This document shows, piece after piece, positions 35,183 through 47,111 of a DNA stretch of 64,000 nucleotides. Position 1 is the first letter of the stretch. Every line of letters begins with the position of its first letter. Where the stretch lies: assembly GCA_037447605.1 (NCBI GenBank), contig CM074811.1, forward strand, positions 1,364,001 to 1,428,000, in the 5' to 3' direction. The stretch comes from Zygnema circumcarinatum SAG 698-1b. Its lineage: Eukaryota; Plantae; Zygnematophyceae. The translations under genes and the position numbers were made by a program. Under the pieces are notes generated by a model. That model was given only the letters and a program-made list of their open reading frames with translations. It made no database searches and was not told where the DNA came from.

Positions 35183-37947
35183 ATGCAACATGGCGCTCTG
35201 CGTGCCCTGCTCTCCGGGAACAGTTGTGGAAGGCAGCTGAGGAGCAGACTTTTTTTCCAAGGAAGCCCAAAGGCAGCAGCAGCAGCAGCAGCAGCAGCAG
35301 GGAGGCGATGGAGCTCAAGCGCTGCAGAGGGCGGAAGCGCAGGAGAGCAGCAGTTGGTGGCATCAGTGATTCTGGAGCGCCTGCCCGTCCTGCTTCCAGA
35401 GCTTCCTCAGTGGGAGATTGATTATCTCACTTTTAGGTCGACTCTCAACTTTTTGGTCGGAACCCTGTGATGCACTCGTACATCATGTGAATTTCTTTAG
35501 AAAGCACCCCTCCATTTCAGTCAGACACTTCATTTCCCTTTCAGCTTTCAGTTTATCACTTAGGGTTCAGAATTTCAGCTGGTACACGATTATGCATGAA
35601 GTTTTTTCTCTATGTTGGAGCATAATTGAAGCCACACTTGCTACCAGACACCTATTTTTTTGTCTCTTTTGCGCGTTGGACGGAATGACCCTCTGGCAGT
35701 TTCTGTTTTGCTTCTTGAGAACGGCAGGCCGTCTGCGTGAACATTTGGAGCAATAGCTTGACAAACTGCAATCTTGCTGACTCTCATTTCAGCCGTTCGC
35801 TATGGCCCCTGGCGCTGGGTATGCGGAGGCAGTTTTGAGCGGCGGCAGCTTTACCGGAAGGAGTATCCGGCAGAGTTTATTGATATGGGTTCCTCTGTTG
35901 GGTAAGTTTTTTTTTCTTATTCGAACAGATTAATCAATTTGTTATTGCTCATTTTTGGAGGTGAGTGATGATTTTTATTAGGTGCTGATTGCATCGGAGT
36001 ATCGTACACGAACAGTAGCTGCATTGCAGTTTATGGGCCTCAGAAAAGTGTAAGCATTCCTTTGTAAAGTGATCTACTTTCAAGCGTGGCTTTGTGAATT
36101 CCAAAAACCATTATTTATAGCGAAAAAATCTCTGAAGTTGTTGAAAATGGCGGCTGTTCCACTCTCTCCTGTATAGCAATAATGCTGGAAATGCGTATTA
36201 ACATTTTAGCGAACCTATAAAACCGAGTTCACTTTTGAGGTATGGAGAGGGAGGTCGTCGCTATATTACTTACAGTCCAATCTTAGAGGTAGTCCATCTA
36301 GCTGAACTTACAGCGGTTTTTATGCTCTTATAAGTGGATAAAAACATACTTCAAATACGATCTCATGAAGACAAAAAACTTGAATGAAACACCATCATGT
36401 CTACTTGTCAATACACTAGAGAGATTTCAAGAGAGACAGGGGAACCTTTAAATTTACTGTCCTAAGCCAGTTTCATGGGGTATGATGTCCTGGCACAGCT
36501 GTTGGTGACCCTAATATGAGTTAGTAAGAATGACATGACTAAGCAAAGAATCATATTGAATTAGTATAGGCTTCATCTGCATATTCTTCAAACTCGTGGA
36601 TGATTGCCGCCTGTGAGCGGTATAAGATCATTCAATACTCCACATATCTGCAGATACCATGTCTGCAGACTGCGATTTGATTTTCCTGAATATCTATGGT
36701 CCATGTGTGCTTTGCTATTACAGGGTGGACGAGGGGGACTTGACATTTGAGCCGGCGCCTCGAGAAACTGAAGCAGATCGGACTAATGATATACGGTGAG
36801 AGAACGACGCAAAGTTGCAGCCATGGATCACTTCGTTCTTCCTTCTACTTGGCTGTCATCAAATAAATTGTGAAAGTCTAGTTGATGACCTTTCCTTGAA
36901 AAGCGCTATTGTCCTAACTCAGGGTTGATGCTTATCAGTAGTTACCTAATGTGCTGAGTCCCTGGATGGGCAGTGCACATGAAACCTGCACATTGTCATT
37001 TTTTGTTTCCCATGTGCTTCACTTTCTTGCATAACGGCGCAGTTCTGTGCAGCGCGCACTGGATAAGCGACTTTTCTTTATTGTGCACGGGCAGCCCCTA
37101 AAGAGCCAGTCCAATGTGGCCAGGTGGCACTTTCCAGAAAAACCATACGATAATGAAGATACAATGCGGCAGGTGGGCCTTTTGGCCTTTTAATCCTGTA
37201 AAAGTTGATTTTGGCATTGGCAATTCACTTGAACCATATTCCTTGATGAGGTGGACCTTCAGATAGAGATGAAAGTACATGCGAGAACCGCCCTATTGTT
37301 AGACTGGCACACAAGTGTAACCCGTCAATCTTGAATCAGACATTTCACAGGGTAGACATGCAAATAGTATGAGGTGCGCTCGTCAATGTGATTGTTCCTT
37401 TTGGGGGGATGCGTGGTTTCTGCAGTGTGCCGAGGCAGCATTGGCAAGAAACGTTGGGACAAACATGGAAGTATATTTTGTAGGAAATGCGCCATGTGGG
37501 CATCTGCCTTCCCTATCTGAACCCAATCTCACGGTGAGGATACCATGCCTTTGTGTCATCATGGTTTCAGATTTTTGTGACATTCTGTCCCTCTGATTGA
37601 TATGCCCTGCACGCCGTGGGTTGTGTGTGCCTGGGCTTATACAGCTCCTTCCTCCCTACAGTTTTATATACATCTCTACACTCAGATTACCCTCAAAGTC
37701 TGTCTGAGACAACAATGTAGGTTTCATCTTTCCTATCTTGAAATGCCATTTGACATTTGCGATCGTCATCATGTATGTTGTGGACATGTTGTACCTCGAG
37801 GCGCAGCGCTTCTTCTTCCGCTCACAATTCCTTGATGGAAGAATACTTCTTCAAAACCAGAAACTTAAGGACTATGCGTGGGTGACAAAGGAGGAGCTTG
37901 CCAACTATTTTGAGGACTACGGGTTCTACCAAAAGATGCTCATATGA
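35183..37947 (+). CDS. MRPL46: Mitochondrial ribosomal protein mL46 (DECOY-like)
   Basis: Presequence-like N-terminus; VASVILERLPVLLP, FERRQLYRKEYPAEF, FEPAPRETEADRTND, RALDKRLFLFV, WHFPEK, VYFVGNAPCGH, RFFFRSQ...DYAWVTKEEL; all exons have GT-AG borders. Confidence 0.92.
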
Positions 37948-38937
37948 CCAGCCGCACTCATTTTTAAGGAGTGCCCTCTGGGGCAATTTGATCTAAGCCC
38001 ACTTATCCGCTCGTAGCTGTAGCTGACTCTTAGGTCAAAAGTATGTCAGGCTTTGCATTGGACGGTGCTTGGAGCTGCATAGGCACCACGAAGAGCTAAC
38101 TGAGCTGATATGACTTTTAAGAATTCAGCATTAGAGTTTTCTTTTGAATAAAGCGATGTTCCGAAGTTATGAAGTCAAACACATTGTTTTCCGTCCCTCG
38201 CGTTTCTCCCCCCTTTATGGAGTTGAATTGCTGGTTATTCAATGTGTGAATGTTTAACCCTACGGGACCCTTCGATTACTACACAATGCGGTCATCTAAG
38301 GACGGACCTTCTGGAAAAGTGAAGGAAAACATTTAACATTAAGGTTAACATTTTGATGGCTTCTTAAGGTTAGGAGACCGTGAGGACATGTGTGCGAGCT
38401 CATACTATATGTGAACGATCTGAAGCATACTCGAATGAGGACGACATCAGTTTCCACATAGGATCATGTGACGTTGAAAGATAGAAGCCAAGACAAGCTC
38501 CAAATTCAAAGTTGTTACCTTGTTAGCAGCAGTTCCGTTGCGTAAAAGATACAGAAGTAAGAGCTAACTTCTCCATGTCGTGACTGAAAGAGCTGCCAAT
38601 GACTGCAGACTGACTAGGCCTAGCAGTAACGTTGTTTGGGTGCTACAGAGTCAACAATGAAAGAGTATCGAAGTTGAAAAGCTACTATACAGATATTTGG
38701 ACAGACATGAAAGGCCTAACTTCGCTAGGAGATCGCAGGCTTCCCGGTTCATAGAAAGTCTGTACAAGGTCAGAATGTTAGTACTTACTTGAAAGAAGAA
38801 TAAAAATGTGCAAAAAAATATACTGAAGTACAGCAACTTTCGAGTCCCTTGACGAGTCGGTAGTGAATCAATCATATGTACGCTGAATTGGCGAGACTGT
38901 AATAGTCGAAGGCTTAATGTTCGAATCCTAACTACAA

Positions 38938-40770
38938 CTAAAGGTCAGCCACGCTAAAATTCCACTTCATGTGCAGCATGGGCCTCACACCTATGATTGG
39001 GAGCCTGTGCTCGTCTGAAATGCAGACCGACAGTCCTTCCATTTGGGTTTGGAGCTCAGGAGCATAACGCAGCATTCGGGCACACGCTGCAAGGAACTGC
39101 TCAGTGCTTATCTTATCGTCGCAAGCAAGGTGGCGAAGCCTTAACTTCGACCGAACATGACTTATAGCATCTTGAAGACGCTTTTCTTCACGTTTATACC
39201 GTTCCCTGTAAACCAAGGCTTTGTCACCTTCAGATTCAATAAACCGATAGATTTCATCTGGGCTTGCTGTTAAAGGCACTGTTATGAACCCCATGCTCTG
39301 ATTGATACTCCACAATGGCTCCATACCATTGGAGACTCGCGGTTCTCCATTTCCATCTACATCTCCCTCGCGTCTGCTGCTATGCCTGCTTTCAGAATGA
39401 TAACTTGACTCAGTCTTGTTATTCACAATCCTCACTGGCAGCTCCTGGAACCTTCCATTCCTCAACGCTCCCTTCTCCTCTGCCCACGCTACCAACTGCC
39501 TCAAAAGCTCAGCATACTCTGGCAAAACACTTGTGGCATCGTCAGTGTATACCATTTCCAACTCCATGGCTCGTGCAGTTAAGAACTCATGACCGCGACG
39601 AATCTCCGCTGCTTTCCGTCTCTCTCGAGCCTTGTCAACACTAACCTGAGGCAGCCATTGAGCCCACTCGCCGGCCTCATCCTGATGGTCCAACCAGATA
39701 TTGCCCAAGGGATCAATACCATAGCCATTGCCTACTACCATGGAACAGCCGGCTAAGTTCAAGTCAGGAACTTTGTCAAGCGCCCGGCCTAACCTCTCCA
39801 AGAATTCAATTTGATTTTCTATTCGAGCATCTGCAATTGGTGACCGGAAAGTTGCGACCACACCCCTTCCCATGCGGAGAGCATTCCGTACAATAATGAC
39901 ATGTCGCTCAGCAGAAGTTGCTGTGGCATTCCCGGACCTCTGTATCTCCAAAGCCTGCCGAAAAAGGTTCGATAATCTAATTCTTTCGTCGCCCTTTAAA
40001 CCTCCTAAAAAGTCTCCTGATAGACCACAGGCCTCAAATAGCCGACCAAGTGCAAGCCGTGTCGTCAATGGCAGCTCGCCGCCTGCAGACCTCGATCTTT
40101 GTGGAGGGGGTAGTGTTATTTCTACCTTATGGAGTGGAGAACCAGATGTCTGACCTTCAGACTCTCGCTGTCTGACAAAAAAACAGAAATGGTATAGGCG
40201 AGGAGAACCAAAATTCATGTTCTGCGGACCATCCTGCAGTTCAGAAAGGTATTCTTGCACAACCTGAAAGGACCGCTCGTTCGACAACTGCAGCACGCAC
40301 AACCCCCACTCAATAAACTTCGATTTGACCTACAGCCTGCTGAATGCAGACACTTTTAATAGCACATTCAACAGCAAGTACGACGGATTGAGATTGTCAT
40401 TCAAGCAATTCGTACACTTCGTAGCTGCTGGCGACAGAGAAATATTTTCCCGTCTCCCAATCGACACGCGACGATATGTTCAAACCTCTACCATAACCAG
40501 CCCCGGATTTTCCAATCATGTGTATGAGCTCAAACAGCCATAATTGCCGAGGTTGTGAAAACTCACTCGCTCTTCCGGAAAGTCATGAAGAAGGTCGGGA
40601 TGTATCTTCTTATAAAATGCTCGCAAGAGCTCCTTGAGGCTGGGCACTTCCTGTGCCCCACTGCTGAAGCCACGTGTCTCTCTCCAGTATCGCCAGCTGG
40701 CAGCACCTCCAGGGCTCGCAGCTGGCCGAGCCCCTCCCCACAGGCCCACCACGGCCGCTGCCTTCCTCAT
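38938..40770 (-). CDS. TCAIM-like (DUF4460/DUF4461) mitochondrial protein with a J-domain-like HPD motif
   Basis: Exon 1 40567-40770 (MRKAAAVVG...RGFSS...LRAFYKKIHPDLLHDFPEER, donor GTGAGT) joins exon 2 38938-40287 (LSNERSFQVVQEYL...). This resembles TCAIM LRPFYFAVHPDFF...EREINENSLKRLSVYL as recalled. Confidence 0.75.
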
Positions 40771-40853
40771 GCCGCGCCTCAAATGACAAAAGGTATGCGG
40801 CAGCGCGGCACGCTCGCCGCTCCTCAGCCCTGCGTCTGCCGAGGGCGCGAGCT

Positions 40854-41794
<941 letters not shown>

Positions 41795-43367
41795 GAGAAG
41801 AGCAGCAGCAGCGCAGGAGCGACGAGAGAGGAGAGAGCGGGAAACGGAGCCTGCGACTGCCTGGATGGCAAGCATGGATGGATTCATGTATGGGCGGCGC
41901 TGGATGGCATGTGGCCTTGATGGAGGCATGCATGCATCCATGCATGCCCGGATTGGGGGCCGTAGCGAGCCATTGGCGGGTATGTGCGGGCATGGATGGA
42001 TGGGCCATCATGGGTCGGCATGGGCGTATTGCCCATGGCCAGACCATCATGTGCACCAAGGGACATTTGGGTACAGTATCGACACGCCCTCGCCCGTATG
42101 CCTATACGAGGATGGAGCTCTTGATAATGCCCATTGGTTTGTTGAGAGTTTGCTTTTTTTTCGAAGCTCCTTCTCGTGCATGCTTCTGCAGCAGCACGGT
42201 ATCAGCTGGCTGTTGCGCTAGCAGAAGCATGGGCTCATAATATGGGCGCCAGGAAGAGATTCCAGATGTAAATTCTTGAATGAATGAAGGTGTAAGATAC
42301 GGCTTTACTATGACTCGGAAGATGCATGGCTTGATAACGTCGAACCTAAAATTCCCTGAAACTTTTCAAGGTACAAGAGCCTTCGATTAAGCGTATGCTA
42401 CTTTATGCTGTGCTTGCTACTCGGTATTGTAAAAAAAAAAAATTCTTACAACATTTGTCAAAAGGACTTTGTCGGGACACCTACGGATGTGCGCATTTTC
42501 ACGCCCTCCCACACAGGCACTACAAATTCATAGAACGATATTACAGCCCAACTGAGGTAGGGGATATGCTGCAAGTTTATTCATCATTGATAAGTGGCAC
42601 CTTGCCAATACCTATGACTGATCGATGTACGTGACTCCATTCGAAGGCAAAGTTTGAGTACTGAGTTGATAACTATCTTCTTGACGAAGGAACGCAGCGA
42701 CCAGTTCATATGCGGCAGCTTGGCTTGCATCACGCTTGCCATAGCCCTCTCCCTTCCCTATTTGCAAAACTTCTCGTGGTGCATAATCTGACAGGAGCTC
42801 TAACGAAGCTTCAACAACAAACCTGCAAAGCAGCAGTGTCTTGGAGGTCAGACTACCCTATTTCACGATGCAAAAGTGATGACCGTTGTAAACAGATTAC
42901 AAATCACATCCAGACAGTTACGATAGATACACGCTCCTTATGGTTCGGCACTGGCAAGCACTAGCTCATACACGAATAGGGAGCTCGAAAAAGTGACTTG
43001 CCCAAAATATTTATCAAACAGAGACAATTTCAGCATTGCCCTTCAAAACAGTCAAATTCCGCCTGGAAATGATTAGATCAGGTTCAGGACTTGATTCCAA
43101 TCAAATTAAACACATTCAGGAAGCAACGAGGGACTAAGCATATTAACAAGAGAATAGAACATCCGTTAAAGCGTGCGTCTACTTGACCTTCCAAATCATA
43201 CCTCGTGTGTAGATCACAATCGAAAACCAAACAAACACGTCCACCTTCCTTTGACATCATTTGCAACCAAGAGCTTCACATTCTATCCAAGTCATGCTTC
43301 TTCAGCAGCTTTGCCTTGCGCCTACATGCGAGAGCACGAGCAAGCAGTGAAATCATATGCACGACTT

Positions 43368-43997
43368 TCACACATACCTTTCACGGTGAGCCTCGTCAAG
43401 TGACTTCCGGATGGCAATGACATTGAAGTTCACCACAAGATACGGAAAACATGACTTGCAGACAACATCAAGGATTGCCAAAATCACCCCCGGACCTCCG
43501 TAGTGAGCAGGACCAGTGAAAACGTCTCGCAATTTGCTGTGGAATCTTCTCCTGATTTGCTTCTTCCAATCGTCGCTTAAAGCCATGCTAGAATTCGAGA
43601 GCTCTCTACAGACATTGGCGGCGTCAGGAATGGAGCCTGTGTTTTTCTCTTCATTTGCACTTTTCCTGACATTTGAAAGCGTACAAATATCTCGAGCGCT
43701 CGACGGGCCCCGGTTACCTTGAAACTCACGATGAAGCGCCAAACTATGCGCGACATTTCCAGCATAAGCTACTCTCAATCGAGAAAGAACTTTTGCTTTA
43801 TCTTGGAAGTTCTGTCTGGCCAATCCAGATGCTGACTCCAACCCTTGCGAGGGTGCATCAGGAACAGAGCGAAAGAGACGCAACAGAGTAAACGCACATG
43901 ACTGACATTCGGCGAAAGCAGTAGCGGAAGGCCGCGGCCATGGCCGCCCTCCCCCGGCTGCTACCCACAGGGACCTCCGCCCTCCAGAGGCCGCCAT
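43368..43997 (-). CDS. Hypothetical protein with an Arg-rich, acid-poor (organelle-targeting-like) N-terminus; 3' exons unresolved
   Basis: Open frame MAASGGRRSLWVAAGG...DWKKQIRRRFHSKLRDVFT starts close to a promoter-like region (CACGTG motifs at ~44097 and ~44122). Candidate acceptors lie near 43320 and 43062, but I could not fix the phase. No family recognised. Confidence 0.42.
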   Translation of the reverse strand: MAASGGRRSLWVAAGGGRPWPRPSATAFAECQSCAFTLLRLFRSVPDAPSQGLESASGLARQNFQDKAKVLSRLRVAYAGNVAHSLALHREFQGNRGPSSARDICTLSNVRKSANEEKNTGSIPDAANVCRELSNSSMALSDDWKKQIRRRFHSKLRDVFTGPAHYGGPGVILAILDVVCKSCFPYLVVNFNVIAIRKSLDEAHRERYV

Positions 43998-44298
43998 GGC
44001 CACGGCCCACACCTTCTCCCTCCGCGAGCAGCAGGCCTTAGCATTCTCCATTGTGAACGTGACTCGAGTATACAGTATATCCAATCATATTTTGCCACGT
44101 GTACATATTTTTGACTCTGTACACGTGGCAAATTTCCATTGGAAACAGCTTAGTCTGGTTCACACTGCAAAGATGAAAAAGGCACCACTAAGAAGACGTC
44201 ACGTCACGTGGAGATGGAACGGCTCCGTGTAGCGTGGTTAAACGGTGTAACGGAGGGAAATCCGGCGACATAGAACAGGCAGCCCTCGTAGTGTCGTC

Positions 44299-44350
44299 TT
44301 TAGGGTTTTAGGGGTTGTAAGAATTTTAGGGTTCGTTAGGGTTTCGGGTT
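44299..44350 (+). promoter_or_regulatory. Cluster of degenerate telo-box (TTTAGGG-like) repeats
   Basis: tttagggt-tttaggggt-tgtaagaa-ttttagggtt-cgttagggttt-cgggttt between two divergent genes. Confidence 0.7.
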
Positions 44351-45038
44351 TACGAGGTGGATAACGGTAACCGCGGTGACGGACGGTCGTACGGCCCTAC
44401 CGACCTGAACCCTCCCCTGCAGGGCCCTTACTGGGTTCTATCTAGCCCTCGCAAGGCTTCGTCTTGCATTAGGAAAGATTTGCCCTAATTTCAGCCTCCC
44501 TTCTTCCATCGCATTCTGCGTCAAGGTATGTATGTGCGCGCATGGATATACGATTGACTTCCATCGATTATAGCGCTAAAAGAACAAGATATCTTTTTTT
44601 ATAAACAACATGGGGGGAGATTGCTTCACTTGAGCTTAGATTTTTTAGCTGCATCAAGGGGAGGGTGTATGGGAAGGTTGGAGGCAGTGCAGAGCTTTGG
44701 TTTCCCTACGATTCCTGTGTCGATGCAAACGGCTGTCTGCTGGCTGAAGAAGGGGAAAGCTTTTGCAGATCACTGGAAATTCTAAGGGAAAAGTGCTTGA
44801 CAAAAGTGAAAGCATGAGCAAGATTAGCTTATCAGTTCTTCATGCAGCTCACACTCTCCTTCCTTTCCATCCATTCTGAAGCCTCTTGAAAGGTTCAAAA
44901 TGACATGGAATAAAAACGATAAACATCTACAACCAAGCCTCGCATTCTTTTTAAAAAATAAAGCTAATTTTGTTTAAGCCAGCAGTGATCTCATAGCCAG
45001 CCGATGCATGCAGGGCCCGCTACTTTGAAGTCCCCGCC

Positions 45039-46424
45039 ATGTTGGGAACTCTGCGCATTCGAGCCGGGGTGGCTCGCCTCGCCCGCCATCTCCCGGCTGC
45101 ACGGGAAGCTTTCGCGCAGCTGCATCCGCAGCAGCCCTGCTTGCAGGCTTACCCCCCCGCCCTGGCCTTCCGCCAGGCGCCTCCTGCACCCCACAGAGCT
45201 TTCATCACTTTTCCCTTAAGTTCCAGCGCTGCAAGCCATGCCCTTCGGGCGCTTCATCAACGTGCAGTTGAGGAAGGTTCAGCCCCGGATGCACCGCAGG
45301 CAGCTGCATCCATTTCACCGGAAAGCCATGGCGCTCTTGGAGAGGGAGAGCAGTCGGGGAGCCATAGCATTGCGCTGGAGGGAGAGCAGGTTGAGAGCCA
45401 TGGTGCACCGGGAGAGGGAGAGGAGCCGAACTCGCACTCAGTAGTTGATATTGAAGCTCGTGATCATGCTGTTAGCGACGAGGCTTCAGAACCTGATGTT
45501 GCAGAAGTAGACGTTACTTTCACGGAAGAATCGCGCGTAATTGCAGCAGGGGGAATTCCTATTCCAGACGATATGCCGCAAGTGGACCCTCCAGAAGATG
45601 CAGAGCTGGCAGAAATCGACGCAGCCAGTGTAGAGGAAAGCATTGAGGAATTTGTGGCAAAGACGAGGAGACGGAGAGGGAGGCGTGGTCGGAGGGAGGA
45701 GACAGAGGAACGCCTCGAGCCAACCAGTGAAAATATAGTGGCAGCCGCGAAGGATATAGCTGCGACATCACCCGAAGTAGAGCCTGTGAGCCAATTGGAG
45801 TTTCTGTGCAATAGGTTCCGCCGTGACCTTGTCATCAACTACAACGTTCTTGCAATGCGACCACGGTATGCTCTTCTGCTCCCGAACTCAGCATGCATAT
45901 TTGAGCAATCATCCAGCTTTGACCTTTCTGTTGATGCCTCAATTGTATGCAGTGCATTCGTGTTTTTTCAGTGCAATCGACCGGACAATAGGGAAGGGCT
46001 GCCGCAAAAGATCGTTTGTAGAGAACGTGCGTTTTATTTTGTATCGTTAGATGCACTTTTGCCTGCAAGCTGACGATCCCAAGGTTTTTTATACTTAATC
46101 AGCTTGTCAGAAGGAATCGTACTTGGTTTGCTAATGAGTGACAGCATCTCAGCACCAGTGTCAGCATCAGCACAGACTCTGTTCCTTTGCACCACTCACC
46201 ATTAAATCAAATCTGTGCTGTTGTTATTGGGCTGCAGGTTTGTCATTGAAGCTACCCTGGAGCTCCTTGTACCATCCAAGCCCAAGGTGGTTTTGGCTGC
46301 CGGGAGAGGCGAATCTTTCAGCAAGAAGACTTGTCGCCAATTGGCCGCCACCGCGTTGTTCCAAAGTCTTCAGGGAGAGTCGGAAGGGGCGTCGATTAAG
46401 GGAGAAGCTGAAGAGGAGGCTTGA
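45039..46424 (+). CDS. Putative mitochondrial protein: presequence, acidic linker and a single C-terminal double-stranded RNA-binding domain
   Basis: Exon 45039-45865 (donor CG|GTATGC) and exon 46238-46424 (CTGCAG|G) give PVSQLEFLCNRFRRDLVINYNVLAMRPRFVIEATLELL...VLAAGRGESFSKKTCRQLAATALFQSL, a dsRBD alpha-beta-beta-beta-alpha pattern. Probable 5'UTR intron from ~44527. Confidence 0.7.
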
Positions 46425-47111
46425 GCATTGGGAGTTATCAATTGGGCAGATGTCTGTGAAACTGTGAGAAGCTAGAGAGAGTATGAAGCAGACGAAAAAG
46501 GCGTTGTGGAGCTCCTGCTTTGAATTTTGCATCTTCGTTTTCGAAAGAAAGGCAAGCTGTTGGTACTCGGTGGGCATTGTATGAAGTGGGGTTCAGAGGA
46601 CAATCTGTCTTCAGTGCAATGTTTTGTCCTCTAAAAAAGGAATGATGCGATGAACTGAATAGAGAAGTTTCACCTCGAAAGCTCCGGTAAACGCTGCTTT
46701 CATTCTGCATAGGAATTCATGGTCTCCGATCATGGCGGACTTCTCCATGTGGGACGAGATCAGCACTTGCCCAGTTTGAACTGCCAAAACAAATTGCTAA
46801 TTTGGATTTAAAAAGAAGAAAATCATTTTCTACAAAAGCAAAAAAGTAAACTCGCAGGTCCCTATCCTTGCCTCTTTCCGGCAGAGATGCTTCTCACCTC
46901 TCGAACGCAAAACTCTCTTTCTCTCTTGGGACCTCTCTCTCCCCCCTGTAAACCAACCCCTTCCGCCCCTCAAGCCTCCAGCAACTGCCGTAGCGTTCTG
47001 CCGACTTATTTTGCAAAAAAATACTCAAATTTGCCCAAGAGCACAGCACAAAAACTCGTGGGTTGCAGGAAGACCTGCCCCTAGAGCACCTACTGTCCTA
47101 ACTGTCCCGCC

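Noticed and set aside
38915-38930. GTTCGAATCC tRNA-like motif
   Set aside because: No flanking stems or cloverleaf; it sits at the 3' end of the TCAIM-like gene.
44299-44350. Interstitial telomere or chromosome-fusion scar
   Set aside because: Only four to five degenerate units in a promoter; telo-boxes explain this better.
44543-44550. Additional P1BS (GGATATAC) in the dsRBD gene 5'UTR intron
   Set aside because: It is isolated, expected by chance about once per 4 kb, and has no supporting gene context.
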